From the IMG/VR virus record IMGVR_UViG_3300023184_000027, positions 1 through 64,000 of that record: 64,000 nucleotides of DNA; one strand, 5' to 3'. The first letter of the stretch is position 1. Each line of letters starts with the position of its first letter. The notes beneath the pieces are model-generated. The model made no database searches. It worked only from the letters and a program-made list of their open reading frames with translations, and was not told the origin of the DNA. Made by a program: the position numbers and the translations under genes. Shown piece by piece: positions 9,442 to 18,432 of the stretch.

Positions 9442-10572
9442 TTATTTTATTTTTTTACTAATAGTGAGGATTTTATCTGTTGGTGAATAAACTGGTGGTT
9501 CAGGACTTTCCCAAGATTCACGACCTTGTATTATTTTATAATTACGGTATATCGGACCATTTGATATTAAAATAAAATCTGACTTATATGATAATTTAGG
9601 TGGTTTAACCCTTTTTGAAAATGGAATATAATACTTATCATCTAATTTATATATTCCCTCATTTTTGGCGTTAACCGGTTGGAAAATAATCCGTTTACCC
9701 TCATCTTCAACAACAACTACTTCAGAATAATCTGTTTTTGTTGAGGGACAAAAATTTTGAACAACTTTTGAATTAGGTAAGAATTTTTTAATATGAGGTT
9801 CATAATTACTTTTTGACATAAAAGTTGGTTTATAACTAATATTTTTGAGTAATGTATTTAAAAATTCACCTTTAAATAATTTATCTTTACTATCGTATAC
9901 CCATTGAACAAAATCATTATGTTCAAAAGTTTTCATTTGTTTAATATATGATTTAATAATTAAACTTATTGGGTCATTTTCAAATATAATGTAATTAAGT
10001 TTTGACCAACTAACACCTTTTTCATTAATAGAATTTGGTAGGGAATAAATATTTAAAAACCCTTCAGTTTTATCACAATACTTTGAATTGTAAACTCCGT
10101 AATTATCACTATAAATTTCTTTCAATGATTTTTCAATAATATTACGAAGGTCTTTACATTGATTGTTATCACAATAACCTTTGTTAGACCTATAAGCTTT
10201 AGAGCGTTCAAAAAATAATCGTTCCGTTTCTTTCTCAGATAACTTACCAATATGTCGTTCAAACTTTTCATCAAAATTAATATTATATTTTCTTCTAATA
10301 TCAGACAAATTCATATAAAAATTTGAATTACCTGATTTTTGAACCAAATCAGCATCAAATATATATTCTTTTCCTGTAGTTATATCAGTGAATATAAACA
10401 CTTCAGTTTCCGGTTTTTTTTCAAATCGTCCGGTTGATTTAAATTGTACCATATGAATACCAAATTGAGGTAATAGATGAGGTTCACTAAATCCATTAAA
10501 ATCAATATCCTGTGTTTGTTCCTCAGTTTCCTTTAATATTCTATACTGTTGTTCTGTTATAATAAATTTCAT
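9442..10572 (-). CDS. Large hypothetical protein with ITE leader
   Basis: MKFIITEQQYRILKE; ATATTTATT upstream. Confidence 0.75.
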   Translation of the reverse strand: MKFIITEQQYRILKETEEQTQDIDFNGFSEPHLLPQFGIHMVQFKSTGRFEKKPETEVFIFTDITTGKEYIFDADLVQKSGNSNFYMNLSDIRRKYNINFDEKFERHIGKLSEKETERLFFERSKAYRSNKGYCDNNQCKDLRNIIEKSLKEIYSDNYGVYNSKYCDKTEGFLNIYSLPNSINEKGVSWSKLNYIIFENDPISLIIKSYIKQMKTFEHNDFVQWVYDSKDKLFKGEFLNTLLKNISYKPTFMSKSNYEPHIKKFLPNSKVVQNFCPSTKTDYSEVVVVEDEGKRIIFQPVNAKNEGIYKLDDKYYIPFSKRVKPPKLSYKSDFILISNGPIYRNYKIIQGRESWESPEPPVYSPTDKILTISKKIK

Positions 10573-10590
10573 ATTAATAAATATACCATC

Positions 10591-10626
10591 ATTCCAAAAA
10601 AGGGGGAGTTCGGTTTATGTGATGAG
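10591..10626 (+). repeat. Intergenic repeat, internally deleted copy 2
   Basis: ATTCCAAAAAAGGGGGAGTTCGGTTTATGT joins both ends of copy 1 and lacks the hairpin. Confidence 0.7.
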
Positions 10627-11382
10627 TTAAAACTGAAGGGGTAATCCACTACGATTTCGTGGGTACATTATTTGTTTATATTGGGGTAAATTTAATAATA
10701 ACACATCATTTAAACCATTTATTAACACTTCTTTCATAAATCTATCCCTAAATTCTTCAGTCCTTCCACATAAATGAACAAACACCCCATTCTGAATAGG
10801 ATAAAATTGTTCGGTGCAATTAAGAATATACGGGTCGTGTATAACTATTCTATCTAAATTTTCCGGTATAATTTTCTCAACCATCACTTTTTGTTCATAT
10901 GGGAATTTCTTCCATATCTCATCATCCCGTAATTCCCAAATATCCGACTCAATTTTAATTGCCTCACGACTTACAAATTTTACACCGGTATTCACTTTAT
11001 TTTCGGTTTCTATATCATACTTAAAATCCCATACTCTATGATTGACCTCATTAGGTTTTTCATAAAATAAATGGTATAGTATATTTGTGTCCGATAAGTC
11101 AATAACCGATTCTAACCTAACCTCCATACGATTTACAAAAACATCGGTATCCAACCAAACATACCAGGACGCATTCGGAAATCTTAAAGAGGCTCGTTTT
11201 AAGATTTCACATCTTCTATAATGTAGATGATGAACATCTTTATCAATGGGTTCAACCTCATCATAATAAAAATCATAATTATGTAGGGAACAATAATACT
11301 CAATGGTTTTTTTGGTATTTACCGCAAACTTAACATCCAACGGCCAATGACCGCTAACCAACACAATATCCGATTCTTTCAT
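10627..11382 (-). CDS. Glycosyltransferase (GT34/MNN10-like); probable start MKESDIV at 11382
   Basis: YC..HNYDF, WYVWLDTDVF (DxD), NTGV, YEQ, VHLCG. Confidence 0.7.
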   Translation of the reverse strand: MKESDIVLVSGHWPLDVKFAVNTKKTIEYYCSLHNYDFYYDEVEPIDKDVHHLHYRRCEILKRASLRFPNASWYVWLDTDVFVNRMEVRLESVIDLSDTNILYHLFYEKPNEVNHRVWDFKYDIETENKVNTGVKFVSREAIKIESDIWELRDDEIWKKFPYEQKVMVEKIIPENLDRIVIHDPYILNCTEQFYPIQNGVFVHLCGRTEEFRDRFMKEVLINGLNDVLLLNLPQYKQIMYPRNRSGLPLQF

Positions 11383-11451
11383 GTAAATAAATATACATTG
11401 CCAATAAAAAAGGGTCGGTGTGGTATAACACAAATAAAAATTCCCCAGAGT

Positions 11452-11483
11452 ATTGACTGGGAAAATTAAGTTTACTATCTTTG
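11452..11483 (+). promoter_or_regulatory. Bacteroidetes-type promoter
   Basis: ATTG-N20-TATCTTTG upstream of 11503. Confidence 0.6.
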
Positions 11484-11502
11484 TAGTATAAAACAATTAA
11501 AT

Positions 11503-11934
11503 ATGGAAAAGATTAAAAAATTATTAAACGAACATTACGATGAATTCATGGATTTGGTAGATTTATTTTACGATGAAAAATATCCATCAAAGAAACCAAA
11601 GACCATATGTTTTTTGACCGTATTGGGAAAAAAATATGACAGCAAAGTATTTGCAAACAACTACAGGGAGTTTTTACACGACCTATCAACAATGGTGGGA
11701 GGGAAAGTATTTAAACATGTATTAGGAAATTATGTGAAATTTATTCCAAATGAATTCTCTAAATCAATACTTAAAAAAAATCAATACGACAACATTAACA
11801 ATGTGTTCTATGTGTCAACCTATACAGACACCGAAAGAAAAATAAATCATGTAAAAGATTTATGTGAATTCTTAGATATTAAAATAGAATTGGAATATCC
11901 AAAACCTCATCATACAGAGATGGAAGTTGTATAA
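11503..11934 (+). CDS. Hypothetical protein, possible SeqA-C-like DNA-binding domain
   Basis: FYVSTYTDTERKINHVKDL resembles SeqA C-terminal WVITNTNTGRK. Confidence 0.4.
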   Translation: MEKIKKLLNEHYDEFMDLVDLFYDEKYPSKKPKTICFLTVLGKKYDSKVFANNYREFLHDLSTMVGGKVFKHVLGNYVKFIPNEFSKSILKKNQYDNINNVFYVSTYTDTERKINHVKDLCEFLDIKIELEYPKPHHTEMEVV

Positions 11935-11972
11935 TAATAAACCCCCTTAATTGGGGGTTTTATTTTATACTT

Positions 11973-12018
11973 AAAAAGGGGGCGGGGGGATTTGAACACG
12001 ACCGAAGGGAGTTCGGGT
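11973..12018 (+). repeat. Intergenic G-rich hairpin repeat, copy 3
   Basis: AAAAAGGGGGCGGGGGGATTTGAACACGACCGAAGGGAGTTCGGGT. Confidence 0.85.
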
Positions 12019-12033
12019 CCGGAGAGATTCGAA

Positions 12034-13548
12034 TTATTTTGGAAAAAACTCATCAATATACCCTAATCTTATTGCACTACCATGACCACCCGGATATTTT
12101 TTAGCAAACTCTGTTCTATTCCTACATTCGGCCGCCTTTTCTTTTATTAATTCATATGACCAAGATATTCTTGGGGTAAAAAATTCATTCATAACACCAT
12201 TTTTATTTAACCAATGAAAAGCTCCAAAATACTTTTTTTGTAATTCTGATTTACCTTTACATTCTAACAATTTTTCTTTAACTAACTCAAATGTCCATTC
12301 ATTATACATTATTCTTGATTTCGTCATATCCGAAATTAATTCTTCCCACCATCCATTTTGAATAGCAATAGTTTTAGCGGATTTTGAAATTTTTTCAATG
12401 TATTCTTCTCTAGTTTTACATCCTTCCTTCATTTTTATAAAATACCTGTAAGGATATTTTGGTTTACGAGTACCACCTAACGAACCTGCACCATTTTTAT
12501 TTAATAACACATAACCCATATCACGATATTTTTCCATCCACATTGCCTCACTAATTATAGAATCTTCTTCTTTGAGAATAGGTGTTAAAATTTTAAATTC
12601 CGGAAACATATTCACCTCATTAATTTTTCGGAAAACCGGTGATTTACCACGAGAACCATAGAAATGTGATTTCTTTCTCTGTTCAATCTTACAAGTTAAC
12701 CCAACATAGGCAAATTTTGGGGTTGTATTATTAAATTCACAAACATAAATAACTCTTTCTTTAAGAGTCAATTGTCTTTCCATACGGTCAAGTAAATTAT
12801 TCCATTTATTTTTACGAATTATACCAGCAAGGGTTTTATAATCGTTCTCAAAATCCATAAGAACCGAATAGTTTTTAGTTATTTCTTCACATTTTTCATA
12901 AGTCCAATAACCTTTTGGTTTGGATAAATATTCCATATGTTCTATACAATGTAACCGAAATTCTTTATCCTCAACACTCTCGGATAAGTGACTAAAACTA
13001 TTAAATACCGAAGGTTCGTTTAGTCTCCAATCTCTTTGATTTTCATATTTTAATGCTGATTCAAATATTTCTTCTTTTGTATGTCGTTTTTTTCGTTTTT
13101 TTCGCTCAATATGTGAACAAACTTCATCAAGAATACCTTTTCTTATTGCAGAATTGTAATGACCTGAACTATTTTTGGAAAATTCGGTTCTATTATTATA
13201 TTTTAACGCTTCAGTTCTGATTTCATCATCCTCAATTATTTTTGATTTATTTCTGACTAAATGAAGAGTTAATTCATCATACCAACCATTCTTACATATA
13301 GTACTTAATAAAGTAGTACCTTGTAATTCAGATATATTAGTTAATTTAGAAATTTCTTCTTTACATTTCTCGTATGTCCATTTTGGATTTGTTATTGAGT
13401 AAGGCATTTCCCAATGAGATAATAAATCAAACCATTTATTTTTTCTTATAGTTTCAATGGCTGACCGGTCAGTTTGAATAAATTCACTATAACTATTGTA
13501 TTTAGAAACTTCTTCTTTACATTTTTCATACGTTAATTTTCTTCTCAC
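12034..13548 (-). CDS. GIY-YIG endonuclease with multiple W-T-Y-E helical repeats (homing-endonuclease-like)
   Basis: IYVCEF...AYVGLT...R...H...E...LLN; repeated WTYEKC.E...Y..R.EF units; promoter TATCTTTG at 13569-13576 (minus). Confidence 0.75.
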   Translation of the reverse strand: MRRKLTYEKCKEEVSKYNSYSEFIQTDRSAIETIRKNKWFDLLSHWEMPYSITNPKWTYEKCKEEISKLTNISELQGTTLLSTICKNGWYDELTLHLVRNKSKIIEDDEIRTEALKYNNRTEFSKNSSGHYNSAIRKGILDEVCSHIERKKRKKRHTKEEIFESALKYENQRDWRLNEPSVFNSFSHLSESVEDKEFRLHCIEHMEYLSKPKGYWTYEKCEEITKNYSVLMDFENDYKTLAGIIRKNKWNNLLDRMERQLTLKERVIYVCEFNNTTPKFAYVGLTCKIEQRKKSHFYGSRGKSPVFRKINEVNMFPEFKILTPILKEEDSIISEAMWMEKYRDMGYVLLNKNGAGSLGGTRKPKYPYRYFIKMKEGCKTREEYIEKISKSAKTIAIQNGWWEELISDMTKSRIMYNEWTFELVKEKLLECKGKSELQKKYFGAFHWLNKNGVMNEFFTPRISWSYELIKEKAAECRNRTEFAKKYPGGHGSAIRLGYIDEFFPK

Positions 13549-13617
13549 ACTTATTTCTTTAATAATGACAAAGATAATACAATTTATTTAATTACCAAAT
13601 TTATTTTATTTTTTTTC

Positions 13618-13676
13618 AAAAAAAAGGGGGCGGGGGGATTGAAACACGACCGGAGGGAGTTCGGGTTATGTAATAG
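13618..13676 (+). repeat. Intergenic G-rich hairpin repeat, copy 4
   Basis: AAAAAGGGGGCGGGGGGATTGAAACACGACCGGAGGGAGTTCGGGTTATGTAATAG. Confidence 0.85.
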
Positions 13677-13717
13677 ACACATTTGATTCCCCCAATCTTA
13701 TTCACTATATTTAACCC

Positions 13718-14203
13718 ATGAACTTATACGAACAATACTTACAAGCGTCAAAAACAAAAGATTTAGATGAACAAGAAAAAGTCATCATTAACCTTATGAA
13801 AGAATACCGAAAAATTATACCCTCTTTTTTTAATAGAGCAGCAACTCGTTTTGGACCTCATAAAGTATATGTGGTACATATGACAGTGGATGGGGTGGAT
13901 ATGGTTAAAGTTGGTTATACCAAAAATTCCATTAAAGATAGATACAAAGAAAAAAGATGGAAGGATTACGGCAAAATAGAAATCATCAAAATATATAGAC
14001 AAGAAATTCTTCAAGGATTAGGTGCGTTTAATTTTGAAAATGAACTTAAATCACAATGCTTGGAATATTTAATAAATTCAAATTTGGAACAACCGGGTAA
14101 AGGAGAGTTTATGGATTTCAAACATTTAGATATGGTTCTAAACCTATATGATAGTTTAATACCACAATATGAAAATGTAATAGGTCTTAAACGAACAAAT
14201 TAA
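13718..14203 (+). CDS. GIY-YIG-like (T5orf172/MUG113-type) nuclease
   Basis: VYVVHM...KVGYT...R...FE..LK...GEF. Confidence 0.6.
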   Translation: MNLYEQYLQASKTKDLDEQEKVIINLMKEYRKIIPSFFNRAATRFGPHKVYVVHMTVDGVDMVKVGYTKNSIKDRYKEKRWKDYGKIEIIKIYRQEILQGLGAFNFENELKSQCLEYLINSNLEQPGKGEFMDFKHLDMVLNLYDSLIPQYENVIGLKRTN

Positions 14204-14212
14204 AAAACCCCA

Positions 14213-15211
14213 CTAATTGAAGTGGGGGATTGGTTTAACTTTTATATCAACATTATTTTCAGAATCAATAGATACTTCAAAATAAGGAAACTTTTCTTTA
14301 AGATAACCTTCTGGTGTCATTTGATTACCCTTCTTCAAATTATCATCAGCCCATAATGGTTGAAAATTAGTATAATGACATAACCTCTTAACATCTTCAA
14401 GTGTCTTAGCCAACGATATTGGAATAATGTGGTCAATATGCCAACCATATATCCCATAATTATCCCAACTCATTCCTTTTAAAAATCTATTTTCTAAATA
14501 TTTCCTAAACTCATCCGGAGTACAACCAATTATCTTAAACATTGAACTATCCTTTTTAACACCTATCTGTTTTAAATAAGATGATGTCCTTGTACGAAGA
14601 TTACATATTGCACGATAAAAAGGGTCTCTCTGTCTTCTTAATTTGACATGTTTCTTCTTAGATTTTTTATATGTTTCCTGATTATTATCTTTCCATTTCT
14701 TTTTAGTGGTCTTAACCTTTGTCGGATGCTCAAGTCGATAAATCCTCATTCTCTCTTTCTCACATTCCCCACACTTTGTGATTGTACCTTCGTAAAATTC
14801 AGAAATAGGTTTAGTTAACCCACATTTACCACAAGTACTCTCCGTTAAGGTTTCCCTAAGTAATTTTATTTTTTTATTATATATTATTCTTTTTTCCTTA
14901 ACACTGAGTTTAACCTTAACTATATTTTCAAAACTAAATGTCTCCGTAGGATAATACCATATAACATTAGAGTATTTATTCTTCTTAACCTTACCCCGAT
15001 TATTATATTCTATAATCTTATCAGGGTTATTCTCACGATATTTTTTTTTGGATTCCCTAACCTTATCCGGATTATTCTCACGATATATTTTTTTATCAAT
15101 ATTACAACATTCCCGACAACAATAATTTAGACCATCCGATGAACTCTTAAGATTATTAAATTCCGATAATTCCTTATCAATACCACATTTTGAACATTTC
15201 TTTAATCCCAT
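14213..15211 (-). CDS. HNH endonuclease with Zn-finger repeats (probable start MGLKKC)
   Basis: KKCSKC...CREC, CGKC...CGEC, WHIDHIIP...HYTNFQPLW..DNLKK. Confidence 0.8.
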   Translation of the reverse strand: MGLKKCSKCGIDKELSEFNNLKSSSDGLNYCCRECCNIDKKIYRENNPDKVRESKKKYRENNPDKIIEYNNRGKVKKNKYSNVIWYYPTETFSFENIVKVKLSVKEKRIIYNKKIKLLRETLTESTCGKCGLTKPISEFYEGTITKCGECEKERMRIYRLEHPTKVKTTKKKWKDNNQETYKKSKKKHVKLRRQRDPFYRAICNLRTRTSSYLKQIGVKKDSSMFKIIGCTPDEFRKYLENRFLKGMSWDNYGIYGWHIDHIIPISLAKTLEDVKRLCHYTNFQPLWADDNLKKGNQMTPEGYLKEKFPYFEVSIDSENNVDIKVKPIPHFN

Positions 15212-15299
15212 AAAGATAATAATAACAAACTTTTTTTCTTTGTCAAGTTTTTTCACTATCCGGAAATTTTCCGGATTATCAACCATTATTTCCGGATAC

Positions 15300-15605
15300 C
15301 CCAAAATGGGGGGATTTTTTCCCAAAAATTTTTCCAGAATTTTTTAGAAAAATTTTCTATAAAAGTTTTTTTTACCCATACACAATGTAGAGAGGATTAT
15401 CCCCCCTTTTTGGATATAGATATGGGGGGGAGCCAAGGGAGGATACGCCCCCGGTAGGGGGTATGGGGGGTATATAGGGGGGGATGGGAGGGTGTATGGA
15501 CAAAAAACCCCCCTGTAAATAGATAAGGGGGGAGGGGGTATATTTGATTTATCCTAATGAATGGGGGAAAAGTTATCAACATGACATGGTGTCAGTTGTT
15601 AATAA
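15300..15605. other. Non-coding G-run-rich tract with palindromic DnaA-box-like site
   Basis: Many G4-G7 runs on + strand (15424-15538); TTATCAACA-TGACATGGTGTCA-GT-TGTTAATAA at 15573-15605. Confidence 0.6.
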
Positions 15606-15607
15606 GT

Positions 15608-16057
15608 TTATTCATTGTAGACAATAAAGTTATGAACACTTGGTTGAGCGGGATATAGTTTATCGGGATTACCATACTCTGACTCATAGGTATAAAATCT
15701 TTTGAGTTCATCGGGGATGTATGAGTAGGCTGTCTTATAGTGGCTGTCTATCTTAGTTCTGAAGTTGTACATCTCTTTATCTTGGTTTGCGTATAGTTCT
15801 TGGAAGAATCCCCCAATTGAGTAAGTGGAGTTATATTCATTGTTTGGGTCCTTAAGTCTTATGGCCCAATAGTCCTCGAGGGGAATGTTGAGGTAATCGG
15901 ATAACATATAGAAATCAATGTATAGGTCAATGACAGTAATACCACCATACTTCTTATAGTCTTCCCCATATTTCCATCCTTTAATGAATGGGTATTTCTT
16001 TGATACAGCTTTGGTTGTTATATCAAACCCTTTAGTTATTAATTTATTTTCTTCCAT
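15608..16057 (-). CDS. Hypothetical protein
   Basis: 149-aa ORF with ATATTTATA upstream. Confidence 0.7.
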   Translation of the reverse strand: MEENKLITKGFDITTKAVSKKYPFIKGWKYGEDYKKYGGITVIDLYIDFYMLSDYLNIPLEDYWAIRLKDPNNEYNSTYSIGGFFQELYANQDKEMYNFRTKIDSHYKTAYSYIPDELKRFYTYESEYGNPDKLYPAQPSVHNFIVYNE

Positions 16058-16082
16058 ATGATATAAATATATTGAAATAATG

Positions 16083-16114
16083 TTTGTGTATGTAATATAT
16101 TATTTGTATCTTTG
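16083..16114 (+). promoter_or_regulatory. Bacteroidetes-type promoter with no downstream ORF
   Basis: TTTG-N20-TATCTTTG. Confidence 0.6.
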
Positions 16115-16119
16115 TACCA

Positions 16120-16195
16120 CAGAATCGGTAATCACTCCGGATGGGGGCGCGACGATAGGGTTGGAAGAGTAGACTCCAACCTGCTTTATATTTTT
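16120..16195 (+). ncRNA. Candidate small RNA (about 70 nt)
   Basis: GC-rich island between the promoter and a GGTTGGA/TCCAACC hairpin followed by a T-tract. Confidence 0.4.
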
Positions 16196-16277
16196 TTATA
16201 TAAATCCCCCCGTTTACTGAGAATATGATAATCGAGTATATATGGTTTTGAAAATTATTCTTAGTGAATCCCCCGTT

Positions 16278-16562
16278 TTACTGAGAATCCCTAATATATT
16301 CCTCTACACACCCTAATGAATGGTTGCGTATCTCCATATTCAGGTTCTTATAATCCCCCTCGTTTAGTGGGGTCTCTAAATTAATACTCTCTATTACCTT
16401 CCACATATCACAATTGACAAGTAGAAGTACATTCTGTTTGATTCTTCTACCCACCTGTTTATAGGTATATACACATTCCCCAATCCCATAATCCACTATA
16501 TATAATTCATCTGACACTATGACAGTGGGGGTAAACCCGGTTAAGTAAGTTCTTGGTACCAT
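16278..16562 (-). CDS. Hypothetical protein
   Basis: 94-aa ORF in gene-poor region. Confidence 0.45.
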   Translation of the reverse strand: MVPRTYLTGFTPTVIVSDELYIVDYGIGECVYTYKQVGRRIKQNVLLLVNCDMWKVIESINLETPLNEGDYKNLNMEIRNHSLGCVEEYIRDSQ

Positions 16563-17455
16563 AATTGTTAATAAGTTTTTCTAAATATAGTTATTAACAA
16601 TTGAGTTGTACACACTCTCAGAGGGGATTGTTAATAACTTTTTATGTTAAATTTCTTGTTTTTGACAAAATGTCAGTCTCTCTTTACGATGGGGATAATC
16701 CTTTCCCCCCACTTTTAACCCCACACACTTACCATCTTCTACCACATATTCCCACCGAATATGGTTCTGTGGATAGTTAAACATCACTTTTTCCCCTCTG
16801 AGAGTAGTGTGAGGGACAATTAATTCACTATATACATTCCCCAGTGATTTATGTCAGTTATGGTACATAACGCGTGAGAACACGTAGTGTGTTAGGATGA
16901 TTACTTCAACGACCCGTCAGGGGGTATTTAATTGACTACTAATGGACGAACTTAATGGTTATGGAATGGGACACTACAGAGACAGATAATACCATTAAAA
17001 CTTACCTTTCGTATCAGTCCTGTGAGTTTTAAACTGACTACAGTGATACAAAACATAAGTTATTATATATCCCCTCATTGTTCATTTCATTTGATGGTTC
17101 ATGCACAATGAACTGAAACTAATAATGAACACCATACCGGATAACTAATCCTGTCTGTAGTTTGTCCCCCCTTAAAAGGGGATTAGTTAAATGGGGGGTA
17201 AAATGTATATATGATGAGTAAAACAATTATAGTGTATAATGTTTGGGGTAAAATGATTATATGTATAAATTATTGAGTTTTTTATACATATGGAAGTTGA
17301 TGTGTATAAATAAATGGATTTCTTATACATATACGTATTTATCCGTATATATACGATTGGTTATACGAATGAAAAATAGTAAAGGATGGAACTATGAGTG
17401 AAATTCCGGAACGGTAGTGTAGGAATGATAACGAATGGTTTTATCGTTTAGTATT
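16563..17455. other. Long non-coding region; putative replication origin or genome-end region
   Basis: TGTTAATAA/TTATTAACA at 16566, 16591, 16629; TGACAAAATGTCA at 16663; hairpins at 16879-16893, 16909-16925, 17403-17426; TGTATA/TATACA repeats at 17200-17370. Confidence 0.5.
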
Positions 17456-17812
17456 TTATTCACACTCTTTAATAAATTTTGGGAATATATCTACCGGATG
17501 TCCTGTGAAATCATATATTATATTCCACACCTCATCTATTAAATTATCGTATCTAATCTGTACCGCTTGGGTTTGAGGCCAAAACTTGGTTCCTATTCCC
17601 CCGATAAATGTTATATCCACCCTGTAGTGTTCGTGTTCATAAATATTCTCCGGTAGTTTCGTCCTATTACTTGGATGTTTAACTTTTACACCACAGATGA
17701 TATCTTGGTTATCCTTAACCAACATCTTATTTAATAACTTCTCTAATATTGGGGACAAATCCTTATTTACTTCCTCCATTATTATTCTTCTTATGGTTGT
17801 TTGTAAGTTCAT
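17456..17812 (-). CDS. Hypothetical protein with MNLQ..IRRII.EE leader
   Basis: MNLQTTIRRIIMEE. Confidence 0.7.
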   Translation of the reverse strand: MNLQTTIRRIIMEEVNKDLSPILEKLLNKMLVKDNQDIICGVKVKHPSNRTKLPENIYEHEHYRVDITFIGGIGTKFWPQTQAVQIRYDNLIDEVWNIIYDFTGHPVDIFPKFIKECE

Positions 17813-17818
17813 AGTATC

Positions 17819-18382
17819 TTAATAGAATGTTTTTAGTTTCATATAGGGTTCTAAACCATATTTGTCTATTATTTGTTTGAAGATTTGTTGTCTGTGTCTT
17901 AAACCTAATGTATTTTTTTGAGTAATAAAACCATAACCAAATCCTGAATCCCCACTTAACCCCACAACTTTATAATAGGGTTGGTTATGAAGTTTTATTG
18001 GGTATAATCTTGCGGTGAACTTATACATCATATGGTCTTTGGCTCCGAATCTAAAATCCCCCAATTCTTTTTCACCACGATGTTGTAGTCGTGTATTATT
18101 ATTTAACCCAAGTTTTTCAACCAACGCGTCATGTAAATATAAAGACTTTTTGTCTACCGACATATATGCAAGTGGTGTATGAGTATCTTCACTGAACTTC
18201 ATAATATCACCATCATAAAGAACACTTATTAAATAATCAATCCCACCGATTAATTTAGATGTTACATCTATCCCTAATTTTTTTAACATTGATTTCATAG
18301 AATCTTTTTTTGATTCAGATTCTTCGGATATAACCCCACCCATCATTTGTTTTATCCTGTTTGTTTGTTCTTGTAAGTTCAT
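17819..18382 (-). CDS. Hypothetical protein with MNLQE leader (start corrected to 18382)
   Basis: MNLQEQTNRIKQMMGGVISEE; ATATTTAT directly upstream. Confidence 0.75.
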   Translation of the reverse strand: MNLQEQTNRIKQMMGGVISEESESKKDSMKSMLKKLGIDVTSKLIGGIDYLISVLYDGDIMKFSEDTHTPLAYMSVDKKSLYLHDALVEKLGLNNNTRLQHRGEKELGDFRFGAKDHMMYKFTARLYPIKLHNQPYYKVVGLSGDSGFGYGFITQKNTLGLRHRQQIFKQIIDKYGLEPYMKLKTFY

Positions 18383-18432
18383 ACATATAAATATAAAAAA
18401 AAGGGAAAATATTACTTTTCCCTCTTTTAATT

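Noticed and set aside
9348-13676. Repeats as a CRISPR array
   Set aside because: Copies are 1.2-1.6 kb apart with whole genes between them; no cas genes seen
15397-15582. 61-aa Pro-rich ORF
   Set aside because: Artefact of the C-runs opposite the G-rich tract; no start context
16120-16195. tRNA gene
   Set aside because: No T-loop GTTC, cloverleaf or CCA end; kept only as a candidate sRNA
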